From: Nitrospiraceae bacterium
Lineage (GTDB): Bacteria > Nitrospirota > Nitrospiria > Nitrospirales > Nitrospiraceae
NCBI GenBank assembly: GCA_037442105.1
Contig: JBBIQV010000027.1
Span: forward strand, 1-42,487
Direction: 5' to 3'
DNA length: 42,487 nt
Numbering within the stretch: position 1 is the stretch's first letter; each line of letters begins with the position of its first letter. The notes under the pieces were generated by a model. That model was given only the letters and a program-made list of their open reading frames with translations. It was not told the origin of the DNA and searched no databases. Both the position numbers and the translations under genes were made by a program. This document shows positions 1 through 7,911 of this stretch, piece by piece.

Positions 1-54
1 TCAGGGTCTAGCGCCCGCAAGGGTGTCCGGGTTCAAATCCCGGCTTCGGCACCA
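1..54 (+). tRNA. tRNA-Leu(CAG), 5'-truncated by window edge
   Basis: T-CAG-GG anticodon loop, 3' anticodon stem TCTAG, long variable arm CGCCCGCAAGGGTG, T-arm CCGGG-TTCAAAT-CCCGG, acceptor strand CTTCGGC-A-CCA. Confidence 0.9.
11..54 (+). repeat. att-like direct repeat copy 1 (tRNA 3' end, 44 bp)
   Basis: GCGCCCGCAAGGGTGTCCGGGTTCAAATCCCGGCTTCGGCACCA identical to 1484-1527. Confidence 0.95.
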
Positions 55-196
55 CAGCTCCTATCCTGCAGCGATTCCAGCATCTTGGCGATCGGCGTTC
101 TCACGCCGTGTTCTTAGCGTGTTCAGGCGAGTCCCAACGGCGTCCAACTTCTCCGCCTAGACGGTCGAGTTTTCGCACCCCAGCGTCTCCGATCAC

Positions 197-263
197 TTGA
201 CATACGTCCCGTTTTATATCAATTTGAGGCCTCGCATTTGACATAGCGGTTGGCCTACATCAA
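197..263. promoter_or_regulatory. Twin imperfect palindromes TTGACATA-N10-TA(T/C)ATCAA upstream of fic (putative operators/promoter)
   Basis: Copies at 197-222 and 238-263 with identical 10-nt spacing; each begins with a TTGACA -35-like hexamer. Confidence 0.55.
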
Positions 264-289
264 ATTCGGTGAGGAAGAGCCGGAGGTCT

Positions 290-1426
290 ATGAAAATCAG
301 TGCGTTCAAGTCCGGGGAGTACGAACAACAGTACGAATACCGGAGCTTCCTGCCGACCCCGATCAACCAGGAATGGATTGTTTCCGACCCACAGATTCTC
401 ACCCTTCTTGAAGAGGCCAATCGCCTGCTCGGGGAGTTAAACGCGTTTTCCCAGCTCATCCCTGACGTGGATTTTTTCATCCGGATGCACATCACCAAGG
501 AAGCCACCACCTCCAGCCGCATCGAGGGCACCCAAACCAACATTGAAGAGGCGCTGGTAGGCAAGCTCGACGTCGATCCGGAAAAACGTGATGACTGGCA
601 GGAAGTGCACAACTACATCCAGGCGGTCAATTTCGCCATCAAGCAGCTCAGTCAGATGCCCTTGTCCAACCGGCTCTTGCGCGACACCCACGCAGTACTG
701 CTACGCGGCGTGCGGGGCAAGCACAAACAGCCAGGAGAATTTCGCACCAGCCAAAACTGGATCGGTGTCAGTCTCAACCACGCCACATTTATCCCGCCGC
801 ACCACCAGCATGTGCCGGACCTCATGAGCGACCTTGAAAAGTTCATGCACAACGACCAGATCCATGTCCCGCACCTGCTCAAGATTGCACTCATCCATTA
901 CCAGTTCGAGACTATCCATCCGTTCCTCGATGGAAACGGCCGGCTGGGCCGTCTGCTCATCGTGCTCTATCTTGTCAACTTTGGCCTCCTGCATAAGCCC
1001 GCGCTGTATCTGTCAGATTTCTTCGAGCGGCACAAGGGCGAGTATTACGATCAACTGATGGCCGTCCGGACCACGCACAAGTTGGAACCATGGTTGCGGT
1101 TCTTTCTGCTCGGCATGCGTGAGACAACCGGCATGTCTATCCAGGTGTTCAAGGACATTCTGGCGCTGAAAGAGCGCGTCGAGCGCAAACACATGCCGAC
1201 CTTCCACGTGCGGCGCCAAGCCAATGCTCAGGCGCTCATGCGATCGCTCTACCGAGCGCCGGTGACTAACATCAAGATGGTGACCGATCTCATTCAAGCC
1301 CAAACCAACACCGCCGCTGCGCTCATCGACGATTTCGTCAAGCTCGGCATCTTGAAAGAGTTCACCGGTCAGAAACGCAATCGACTCTTCATCTTCGATG
1401 ACTACGTGCGCCTCTTCAAAAAGTAG
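290..1426 (+). CDS. Fic family protein (AMPylase) with N-terminal inhibitory helix and probable C-terminal winged HTH
   Basis: Canonical Fic motif HPFLDGNGRLGR; (S/T)xxxE(G/N) inhibitory motif SSRIEG; GGAGG RBS before ATG 290. Confidence 0.92.
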   Translation: MKISAFKSGEYEQQYEYRSFLPTPINQEWIVSDPQILTLLEEANRLLGELNAFSQLIPDVDFFIRMHITKEATTSSRIEGTQTNIEEALVGKLDVDPEKRDDWQEVHNYIQAVNFAIKQLSQMPLSNRLLRDTHAVLLRGVRGKHKQPGEFRTSQNWIGVSLNHATFIPPHHQHVPDLMSDLEKFMHNDQIHVPHLLKIALIHYQFETIHPFLDGNGRLGRLLIVLYLVNFGLLHKPALYLSDFFERHKGEYYDQLMAVRTTHKLEPWLRFFLLGMRETTGMSIQVFKDILALKERVERKHMPTFHVRRQANAQALMRSLYRAPVTNIKMVTDLIQAQTNTAAALIDDFVKLGILKEFTGQKRNRLFIFDDYVRLFKK

Positions 1427-1430
1427 CGCC

Positions 1431-1483
1431 ATGCGCAAATCCTACGAACAGTACAAAACCAGCGGCGTCAGCATATCGGTGAT
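1431..1483 (+). pseudogene. 5' stub of a type I restriction specificity subunit (HsdS-like), cut off at the att copy
   Basis: ATG 4 nt after the fic stop reads MRKSYEQYKTSGV, then after a frameshift HIGD; resembles the common HsdS N-terminus Y-x-x-YKDSGVEWIGEIP. Confidence 0.5.
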
Positions 1484-1527
1484 GCGCCCGCAAGGGTGTC
1501 CGGGTTCAAATCCCGGCTTCGGCACCA
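1484..1527 (+). repeat. att-like direct repeat copy 2 (tRNA-Leu 3' fragment)
   Basis: Exact 44-bp copy of 11-54, lacking the tRNA 5' half. Confidence 0.95.
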
Positions 1528-1545
1528 AACCAACCTTTGGTTGAG

Positions 1546-1587
1546 CCGCTGGCCTGTTTATCGCTGTATCGTGATTGAGGCCAGCGG
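1546..1587. terminator. Stem-loop just after the tRNA 3' copy (possible terminator/processing hairpin)
   Basis: Perfect 10-bp inverted repeat CCGCTGGCCT / AGGCCAGCGG with 22-nt loop; no strong U-tract. Confidence 0.35.
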
Positions 1588-1661
1588 ATAAGTGCTTCCA
1601 GTGGATCTCTGCTTCTCTTGTATTTGAACCACTACCTTGATCGGCTGAAAAGGATCGACCC

Positions 1662-1862
1662 ATGCCCACAGCGTTACGGATGGAAGTGGCTCCCGCCACC
1701 GTCATTCAGGTTGTAAAGAAGATGAAGAAGAAAGAACGGCTGATCTTTTTGGAGGATCTGATGGCGGCCACATCCCCCGAGTATCTGCGAAGCATTCGAG
1801 CGGCACGGCGCGACCATAAGGCCGGAAAAGTGAAATCCCACGAGGAAGTCTTCGGCCGGTGA
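1662..1862 (+). CDS. Antitoxin of a RelE-associated type II TA pair
   Basis: 66 aa; C-terminus SIRAARRDHKAGKVKSHEEVFG typical of RelE/ParE partner antitoxins; GTGA overlap with the toxin. Confidence 0.75.
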   Translation: MPTALRMEVAPATVIQVVKKMKKKERLIFLEDLMAATSPEYLRSIRAARRDHKAGKVKSHEEVFGR

Positions 1863-2113
1863 AATATCGGCTGACCTACACGCACCGAGCAGTCCGAGAC
1901 ATTGAGGCACTCGATCCTGCCATCAAACAGAGAATCGGCAAAACCCTCCTGCGTTACGAGAAAAGCCCGCTCGCATACGCGGAGCCATTAAAAGATTCTG
2001 ATCTCGGATCGTACCGGTTCCGCATCGGGGACTATCGAGTCATCTTCGATCTGGCGGGAGAGGAGATCGTTGTCTAGCGTGTCGGCCATCGATGAGACAT
2101 TTACAGACGCTAG
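1859..2113 (+). pseudogene. RelE/StbE-family toxin with two internal nonsense codons
   Basis: YRFRIGDYRVIF motif; the frame continues IVV*RVGHR*DIYRR* (TAG 2075-2077, TGA 2093-2095, natural stop 2111-2113). Confidence 0.85.
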
Positions 2114-2167
2114 CGCCGCGTCATCGCTTCCACATCTCTATCACGAAACCATCCCGGATTCTTTCGA

Positions 2168-2305
2168 GTGGTCCTCCAGATGAAGGCTCAAGGGAAGTCA
2201 GTCCGGGCGATTGCCGAGGCCGTAAAGGTGTCCAAGTCCTTTGTCCACAAAACCTGCAAGAATTCCAGTCCTCAAGCCCTCGAAATTCCAGCTTGCGAAA
2301 ACTAG
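2168..2305 (+). pseudogene. C-terminal HTH remnant of a resolvase/invertase-like (serine recombinase) protein
   Basis: VVLQMKAQGKSVRAIAEAVKVSKSFVHK fits the Hin/resolvase HTH pattern G-x-S-x-R-x-IA-x-x-x-x-VS-x-S-x-V; no catalytic domain upstream. Confidence 0.55.
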
Positions 2306-2485
2306 CCGTCCGGTGTCCCCAAAACAGAAGTTTGCGGGACGTTAAAGATATATAGGTAAAGGAATTAAGAGTGGGAGAGGCGACAGAATTTATGAATCAT
2401 TGCGGAAGAGCAACATTTACAATTATCAACAACATGTTGGGGATGACCTTGACACAACATACTTTTCGTGGCATATGGAGCACCA

Positions 2486-3112
2486 ATGTTCTATCGACCA
2501 TATCCCTTCAAAACCATATACGCTGACCCGCCTTGGCAGTTTCAGAACCGGACAGGAAAAATGGCTCCGGAGCATCGTCGTTTGCATCGCTACCGAACGA
2601 TGACCATCGATGAGATCTGTGCGCTTCCTGTGAAGGAAGTGACTGATCAGCCAGCCCACTTATACCTGTGGTGCCCGAACGCGCTATTATCTTGGGGTTT
2701 AAGAGTGATGGAAGCATGGGGCTTCACGTATAAGTCTAATTTAGTCTGGTACAAGATTCGAAAAGATGGTGGCCCGGATGGAAGAGGGGTGGGATTCTAC
2801 TACCGAAACGTAACTGAATTGTTGTTGTTTGGTGTCCGTGGACACATGCGGACCTTAAAACCGGGGCGTCGTGCCGTGAATCTCATCGCCTGTCAGAAGC
2901 GCGAGCATTCGAGAAAACCGGATGAGTTCTATAGTCTTATTGAACGATGCAGTCCAGGACCCTATCTAGAACTGTTTGCTAGACATCCTCGTAGTGGCTG
3001 GGCTCAGTGGGGTGATGAAATAGAGTTAGGCGAATACAGGCCTAAAAAGGAAAAACTACACCGAGCAAATGAGAAGAACAACAAACTTCTTTCATCTCCC
3101 ATGGACTTGTAA
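2486..3112 (+). CDS. MT-A70 family N6-adenine methyltransferase
   Basis: IYADPPW catalytic motif, HLYLW, WGFTYK, TELLLFG, HSRKP, YLELFAR, WGDE motifs; GGAG RBS before ATG 2486 (alternative GTG 2468). Confidence 0.92.
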   Translation: MFYRPYPFKTIYADPPWQFQNRTGKMAPEHRRLHRYRTMTIDEICALPVKEVTDQPAHLYLWCPNALLSWGLRVMEAWGFTYKSNLVWYKIRKDGGPDGRGVGFYYRNVTELLLFGVRGHMRTLKPGRRAVNLIACQKREHSRKPDEFYSLIERCSPGPYLELFARHPRSGWAQWGDEIELGEYRPKKEKLHRANEKNNKLLSSPMDL

Positions 3113-3245
3113 GCCTTTCAGGTTCCTCGAACTTTCTCACCGTCATCACGAAAAACGGGCACGCCAATGGTGCCTTTAGGCAAGACTAGACACTTCTCAA
3201 CAACCCATTGTCGATAGCGCTTAGCGCCGTATCCTGGAAATCGAT

Positions 3246-4454
3246 GTGGCAATGCCAGGAATCCGTCCTCTCAGCTTCACTCGAAATCTAGGTGGACTTG
3301 ATAAAGCCTACAAGGCTATTCGAGCGGGCTATGTTTCTGGTGTGTCAGTTGAAGATTTCCAAAAGAAATGCGGATTGTCTGACAGCCTGGCTTTCCTGGT
3401 CATAGAGTTTTTTCTGTGCACTCTTGTTCGATCAGGAAAGGAATATGTTCTTGAAGACACCCTGGTTAATCAAAGTCTGCTTCGCGACCGTTTCGACAAG
3501 ACGCTGGCCAGGCTCTATTTTTTTGCGCTTAATCTCAATATACCTGGCGAGAGATTAAGAGAAGAGCATAGGAATGCAGCCGCCCTACAAAACGTTGTCG
3601 TTCGGACGCATGCCTATGAGGGCGAGGGATGGAATGCCTCTAGATTTGAAAAAGACGGGTCACTCGACCCATTCATCGCACGAGTCGGTGAGTTCACATC
3701 GGCACATCGAAAATGGGTAAACAATTATTGGTGGATGTTCCATCAATGCGACTTTGTGGTTCGACCAGACGGCACTGTCGAAACCTTTCCCGATACTTGG
3801 GGCCTCTTGGCCTTGCGATTGTTCTTCGAGAGATACACCGCGGTCAATCCAAACGAGGACGTCGATTCCTTGGTTTCGGCTGCATACACCCACGAGATTT
3901 ACAAACTGATTGGTGTTCCCAGAACATGGCTCGATGCGCGAGTTGAAGGTGCCGCTAATATGTTTCTAACAGAAGAATTCTATGTTTTTGAGGCCGGGAA
4001 AGAGAGCACCGAGGAACGAAAGGCGGCTAAGAAGGGAGTTGAAGCTCCACCGCCAGGTGAGGAGGCCAAGCGTCGCGAAGTGAAGATAGGGCAGCTAATT
4101 CGTAGAGGCGACAATAGGAAGTTCTTGAAGGATGTATATCAGGGTGTCTGTCAGATTTCTGGTGTAAAGCTTAAACTGCCCGGAGATTGGTTCACTGTAG
4201 ACTGCGCTCATATCAGGCCATTGGGCTTACCTCACAACGGCCCTGATGACGTCAAAAACATGCTCTCCCTATCACCAACCATGCATCGTCTTTTCGATAG
4301 GAGATGCATCTTGATAGAGCCAGAAAGCCTGTCCATCAAGTTCTTGCATGGTAACGATCATCCACATCTGGCTAAGTTACTAGTCAAAGCGCCACACACT
4401 GTGTCAAGAGATGCTATACGGTATTTCAACTCCAAAATCCTCGGCGGTTATTGA
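3246..4454 (+). CDS. HNH endonuclease (restriction-type, C-terminal HNH_2) with unassigned N-terminal region
   Basis: C-terminal YQGVCQISG...CAHIRPLG..HNGPDDVKNMLSLSPTMHRLFD; start may be ATG 3252. Confidence 0.82.
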   Translation: MAMPGIRPLSFTRNLGGLDKAYKAIRAGYVSGVSVEDFQKKCGLSDSLAFLVIEFFLCTLVRSGKEYVLEDTLVNQSLLRDRFDKTLARLYFFALNLNIPGERLREEHRNAAALQNVVVRTHAYEGEGWNASRFEKDGSLDPFIARVGEFTSAHRKWVNNYWWMFHQCDFVVRPDGTVETFPDTWGLLALRLFFERYTAVNPNEDVDSLVSAAYTHEIYKLIGVPRTWLDARVEGAANMFLTEEFYVFEAGKESTEERKAAKKGVEAPPPGEEAKRREVKIGQLIRRGDNRKFLKDVYQGVCQISGVKLKLPGDWFTVDCAHIRPLGLPHNGPDDVKNMLSLSPTMHRLFDRRCILIEPESLSIKFLHGNDHPHLAKLLVKAPHTVSRDAIRYFNSKILGGY

Positions 4455-4669
4455 CACCTACTGCTCACTTTTCGGCGCAATTGTAACCAGCGAGTGATCT
4501 GGAAACCACCTCTTAACCTTTCACATGCCGTCTTGCCATTTCGCACTTCCGGCACACGCCTGAGACCCAGTTGGCCCATCGGTCGATTCAAGAGTAAGAT
4601 TGGCGCTCCACACAAGCTCGGAGAGCTCACGCGGATTCATCTGTTCGGCTTCGTCGAGACAAGGCTCCC

Positions 4670-5608
4670 ATGAAGATTGTGGTCGCTGGCGGCACGGGGT
4701 TCATCGGCCGGGCCCTGTGCCGGTCATTGTTGCAGCATGGGATGAGCGTGACGGTGTTGTCTCGCAATCCGCAACAGGCGAAGCCTAGGCTCGATCCTTC
4801 GATCAAGCTCGTCGCGTGGGATGCCGTCGCGCCAGGGCCTTGGGAGAACGAGCTGGACGGGGCTCATGCTGTAATTAACCTGGCGGGAGCCCCGATTGCT
4901 GAAGGGCGATGGACGCCGAAGCGCAAGCAGACGATCGTCGATAGCCGGGTCAATGCCACGCGCCTCTTGGTCCAAGCGATCTCCCGCCTTGCGACCAAGC
5001 CGCGAGTCCTGATCAGTGCTTCGGGCGTGGGGTATTACGGCACAAGCCGAGAAATACGGTTCGATGAAAGAAACGGATCGGGCTCTGATTTCTTGGCCCA
5101 ACTCTGCATGGCCTGGGAACAGGTGGCGCTGGCCGCTCAGTCCGCCGGCGTCCGGGTCGTCTGCATGCGCACTGGGATGGTGCTTGAAAAAGACGGTGGT
5201 GCCCTCGCTAAGATGCTGCCGCCGTTTCTGGCCTTCGTTGGGGGGCCGATCGCTCCGGGAACCCAGTGGGTGTCCTGGATTCACCGGGCAGACTTGATCG
5301 GCCTGATCGAATGGGCGTTGACGAATGCAACGCTCTCCGGCCCGGTAAATGCGGTGGCGCCGGAGCCGGTCACCATGAGGGAATTTTGTCGGATCTTGGG
5401 CAAGGTACTCCAGCGGCCATCTTGGTTGCCCGTGCCCGAATTTGCGTTGCGTCTGGCCTTCGGTGAGCTCGGCTCAGTCATGACCACCGGTCAGCGAGTC
5501 TTCCCGAAAATAGCTCTCGACGGCGGGTATCAGTTCCGCTTTCCCCAACTGGAGTCCGCGCTTCAGTCGATTTTGAGAAAGACTCCAACTTCCGAGGTGC
5601 TGCCCTGA
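4670..5608 (+). CDS. TIGR01777 family NAD-dependent epimerase/oxidoreductase (YfcH-like)
   Basis: GGTGFIG Rossmann motif, INLAGAPI, SASGVGYYG, SWIH, GPVNAVAP. Confidence 0.93.
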   Translation: MKIVVAGGTGFIGRALCRSLLQHGMSVTVLSRNPQQAKPRLDPSIKLVAWDAVAPGPWENELDGAHAVINLAGAPIAEGRWTPKRKQTIVDSRVNATRLLVQAISRLATKPRVLISASGVGYYGTSREIRFDERNGSGSDFLAQLCMAWEQVALAAQSAGVRVVCMRTGMVLEKDGGALAKMLPPFLAFVGGPIAPGTQWVSWIHRADLIGLIEWALTNATLSGPVNAVAPEPVTMREFCRILGKVLQRPSWLPVPEFALRLAFGELGSVMTTGQRVFPKIALDGGYQFRFPQLESALQSILRKTPTSEVLP

Positions 5609-6339
5609 AATCCCGACGAGTTCGAATTGGAATTAGCCGTTGTCTCCTCGGCGACCGCGTCCGCTACGACGGCGGCCACAAGCGAGACAGTTTCCTCGTA
5701 GATGTTCTTGGACGCCACGTTGAATGGGTACCGGTCTGTCCTGAAGTGGAACTAGGCTTGGGGACTCCGCGCGAGCCGATGAGGCTGACGGGCGATCCGC
5801 GCAAGCCTCGGCTCGTGACGGTCGAGACGGATCGGGATTTCACGAAGGAGATGGCGACGTTTTCCAAGCGAAAGGTCCGGGAACTCGACGTGCTCGATCT
5901 CTCCGGCTTTGTGTTCAAGAAAGATTCTCCGAGCTGCGGGATCGAGCGGGTCCGCGTGTTCAATCACATGGGTGCGCCACGTCGCACCGGCGTCGGCCTC
6001 TTCGCGCGAACGTTCGTGGAGCAGTTTCCGCTCATCCCGGTCGAAGAGGAAGGCCGCCTCAGCCATCCCGCGCTACGCGAGCATTTCATTGAACGAGTCT
6101 GGTGTTATCATCGATGGCGCAGTCTGGCGAAAGGACCGGCCACGCGAAAAGCCCTCGTCGCATTTTACACGGCGCATCAGGATCTTCTCCTGGCTCACAG
6201 CCGCGCGCACTCCCAGGCGCTTGAACGGTTGGTGGCTCACGCGCACCGCTACCGGCCGAAGGAGTTGATCGAGCAGTACGGGAAGCTCTTCATGGAGGCC
6301 GTGGCGGTCAAGGTAAGTGCTCGCAAGCAGTTTTCGTAG
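5605..6339 (+). CDS. DUF523 (2-thiouracil desulfurase-like) + partial DUF1722 (YbgA) protein
   Basis: IGISRCLLGDRVRYDGGHK, PVCPEVELGLGTPRE, KKDSPSCG, EEEGRL motifs; conserved N-terminus extends upstream of the listed 5746 start to a CTG at 5605. Confidence 0.85.
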   Translation: MKSRRVRIGISRCLLGDRVRYDGGHKRDSFLVDVLGRHVEWVPVCPEVELGLGTPREPMRLTGDPRKPRLVTVETDRDFTKEMATFSKRKVRELDVLDLSGFVFKKDSPSCGIERVRVFNHMGAPRRTGVGLFARTFVEQFPLIPVEEEGRLSHPALREHFIERVWCYHRWRSLAKGPATRKALVAFYTAHQDLLLAHSRAHSQALERLVAHAHRYRPKELIEQYGKLFMEAVAVKVSARKQFS

Positions 6340-6466
6340 CCACGGTCGTGTCACCGATTCCTTCCTGGACGGGAAGCGTGTAGAATCCCTCCTCGTTGCC
6401 GATCGATCAGAAGTCCGCTGAATGAAAATTATGGCCGCTGGTTCCGGCGGCAGACGAAGAGAGGCT

Positions 6467-7045
6467 ATGACGATCAAAGAAGAACTCGCAAGAGCGTTTC
6501 ACAGCACTCAATCTTTCCAGTGGGACCCAATGAAGGGGTTCACGTTAGCCTCAGGGGCGACGAGCCCATTTTACGTGGACTGTCGCGCGCTGATGGCACA
6601 TCCCTCGGCGAGGCGCCTGGTTGCCCAACTGGCATGGGAGGCGATTCACACGCTCGACCTCACCTGCATCGGGGGCTTGGAAATCGGGGCGATCTCCATC
6701 GCCACGACCATCTCGGATTACGGTTACGCGGCCACACCGAGACGAGACTGGCGGACTTTCGTGGTGCGCAAGCAGCCGAAGGATCATGGACTAGGGAAGT
6801 TAATCGAAGGGGCGGTCAGGCCAGGCGATCGCGCGCTGATCGTAGACGATGTGCTGACCAGCGGGGGCTCACTGCTAAAAGCCGTCGCCGCTGCGCGGGA
6901 GGCCGGATTGAACGTCCAGCATGCGCTGGTCATTGTGGATCGGCAGGAGCAAGACGGGCGGATGCGCGTCGAACAGGAAAAGGTGCAACTCGTGAGCCTC
7001 CTCACGATCCAGGACCTGCAGGCTGCGTTAGGCGTAAGGAGTTAG
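6467..7045 (+). CDS. pyrE: Orotate phosphoribosyltransferase
   Basis: FTLASG-x-x-SPFYVDCR, VRKQPKDHG, PRPP-binding IVDDVLTSGGS; GAGG RBS before ATG 6467. Confidence 0.93.
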   Translation: MTIKEELARAFHSTQSFQWDPMKGFTLASGATSPFYVDCRALMAHPSARRLVAQLAWEAIHTLDLTCIGGLEIGAISIATTISDYGYAATPRRDWRTFVVRKQPKDHGLGKLIEGAVRPGDRALIVDDVLTSGGSLLKAVAAAREAGLNVQHALVIVDRQEQDGRMRVEQEKVQLVSLLTIQDLQAALGVRS

Positions 7046-7087
7046 GCGTGGGAGAGGCTTTGCCCGACGCCTCATCCCTCTCGCTTA
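7029..7087. repeat. Heptamer hairpin, NAGGCGT/ACGCCTN family, between convergent genes
   Basis: TAGGCGT AAGGAGT TAGGCGT ... ACGCCTC ATCCCTC TCGCTTA; overlaps both stop codons. Confidence 0.55.
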
Positions 7088-7378
7088 TTTACACTGAAAC
7101 TGAATCGCCCACCGGCGCTCTCGCACGATCTCCTGCGCGCCTTCGACAGCCCCCGTCACGCGGGTCCGCCCCTTGGCTTCTCCCTCGCGCAAGATTGAAT
7201 AAGCGCCGCCACACTTCTTCACCGCCAGTCGTAACGCATCCTGTCGAAAGGAGGACAGCAGGGAGCCTTGTTCCCCCTTGTAGGGATACACCACAACACC
7301 GCCGTTTTCCGTCTCTTGGAGGAGCTTGGCGCCCTCGGCACATCCGCCGGCGACCAGACTGAGAGCCAATAGTCCCAC
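7085..7378 (-). CDS. Hypothetical lipoprotein (start uncertain)
   Basis: Hydrophobic LLALSLVAGG-C lipobox-like signal followed by ~85-aa domain; upstream part of the listed 247-aa ORF is antisense to the rhodanese gene. Confidence 0.65.
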   Translation of the reverse strand: MGLLALSLVAGGCAEGAKLLQETENGGVVVYPYKGEQGSLLSSFRQDALRLAVKKCGGAYSILREGEAKGRTRVTGAVEGAQEIVRERRWAIQFQCK

Positions 7379-7471
7379 CCTTGACCAGTATTTCTTACGC
7401 CCCCTATCATAAGCGGTGTGGAAAGTGTCTTCCGAATCAGCCAGTCTGTGTCGAGAAGAGGAGGGATCACC

Positions 7472-7900
7472 ATGAACCACCATCGGCTGACACAGTGGGG
7501 TCTCCTGGCTATCGCCGCGCTGCTTCTGGGAGGCAGCGTCACGTATGCCCATCATTCGTATCTCCTGACCGTCCAGCAACTTCGGGCCGGTCTCGCGAAA
7601 GCGGTGTCCCCGGATCAGAAAGGGTTCTTTCTCATCGACGTGCGATCGCCGCAAGAGCATATGACCGGTGTGATCCCGGGGACGGATAGGAATATCGAGT
7701 TTCGAGAAATCGGGGCGCGCCATCGGGAGATCGGCGCCAAACCGGACGATCACATTGTCGTCTATTGTCAGTCCGGTCACCGGAGCAACATTGCCGCCGA
7801 GACGCTGGCCGATCTGGGGTACAAGCACGTGTACAACCTTGAAGGAAGCGTCAACGCCTGGCTGGAAGCCGGTTATCCACTAGACCGCATTCGACGTTGA
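7472..7900 (+). CDS. Exported/membrane-anchored rhodanese-like domain protein
   Basis: LIDVRSPQE, active-site loop YCQSGHRS, VYNLEGSVNAW; N-terminal hydrophobic signal; purine-rich RBS. Confidence 0.9.
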   Translation: MNHHRLTQWGLLAIAALLLGGSVTYAHHSYLLTVQQLRAGLAKAVSPDQKGFFLIDVRSPQEHMTGVIPGTDRNIEFREIGARHREIGAKPDDHIVVYCQSGHRSNIAAETLADLGYKHVYNLEGSVNAWLEAGYPLDRIRR

Positions 7901-7911
7901 CCATGGGTCTC

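Larger units (their letters stand above)
11..1527. mobile_element. Degenerate tRNA-Leu-integrated islet (attL/attR-bounded, no integrase)
   Basis: Bounded by exact 44-bp duplication of the tRNA 3' end; carries only fic and an hsdS-like stub. Confidence 0.75.

Noticed and set aside
2075..2095. Stop-codon recoding/readthrough in relE
   Set aside because: Two different stops (TAG and TGA) would both need suppression, and both are used as normal stops throughout the window.
7379..7828. N-terminal 150 aa of the listed 247-aa minus-strand ORF
   Set aside because: Lies antisense to the rhodanese gene; only the lipobox-bearing 3' part looks like a real protein.
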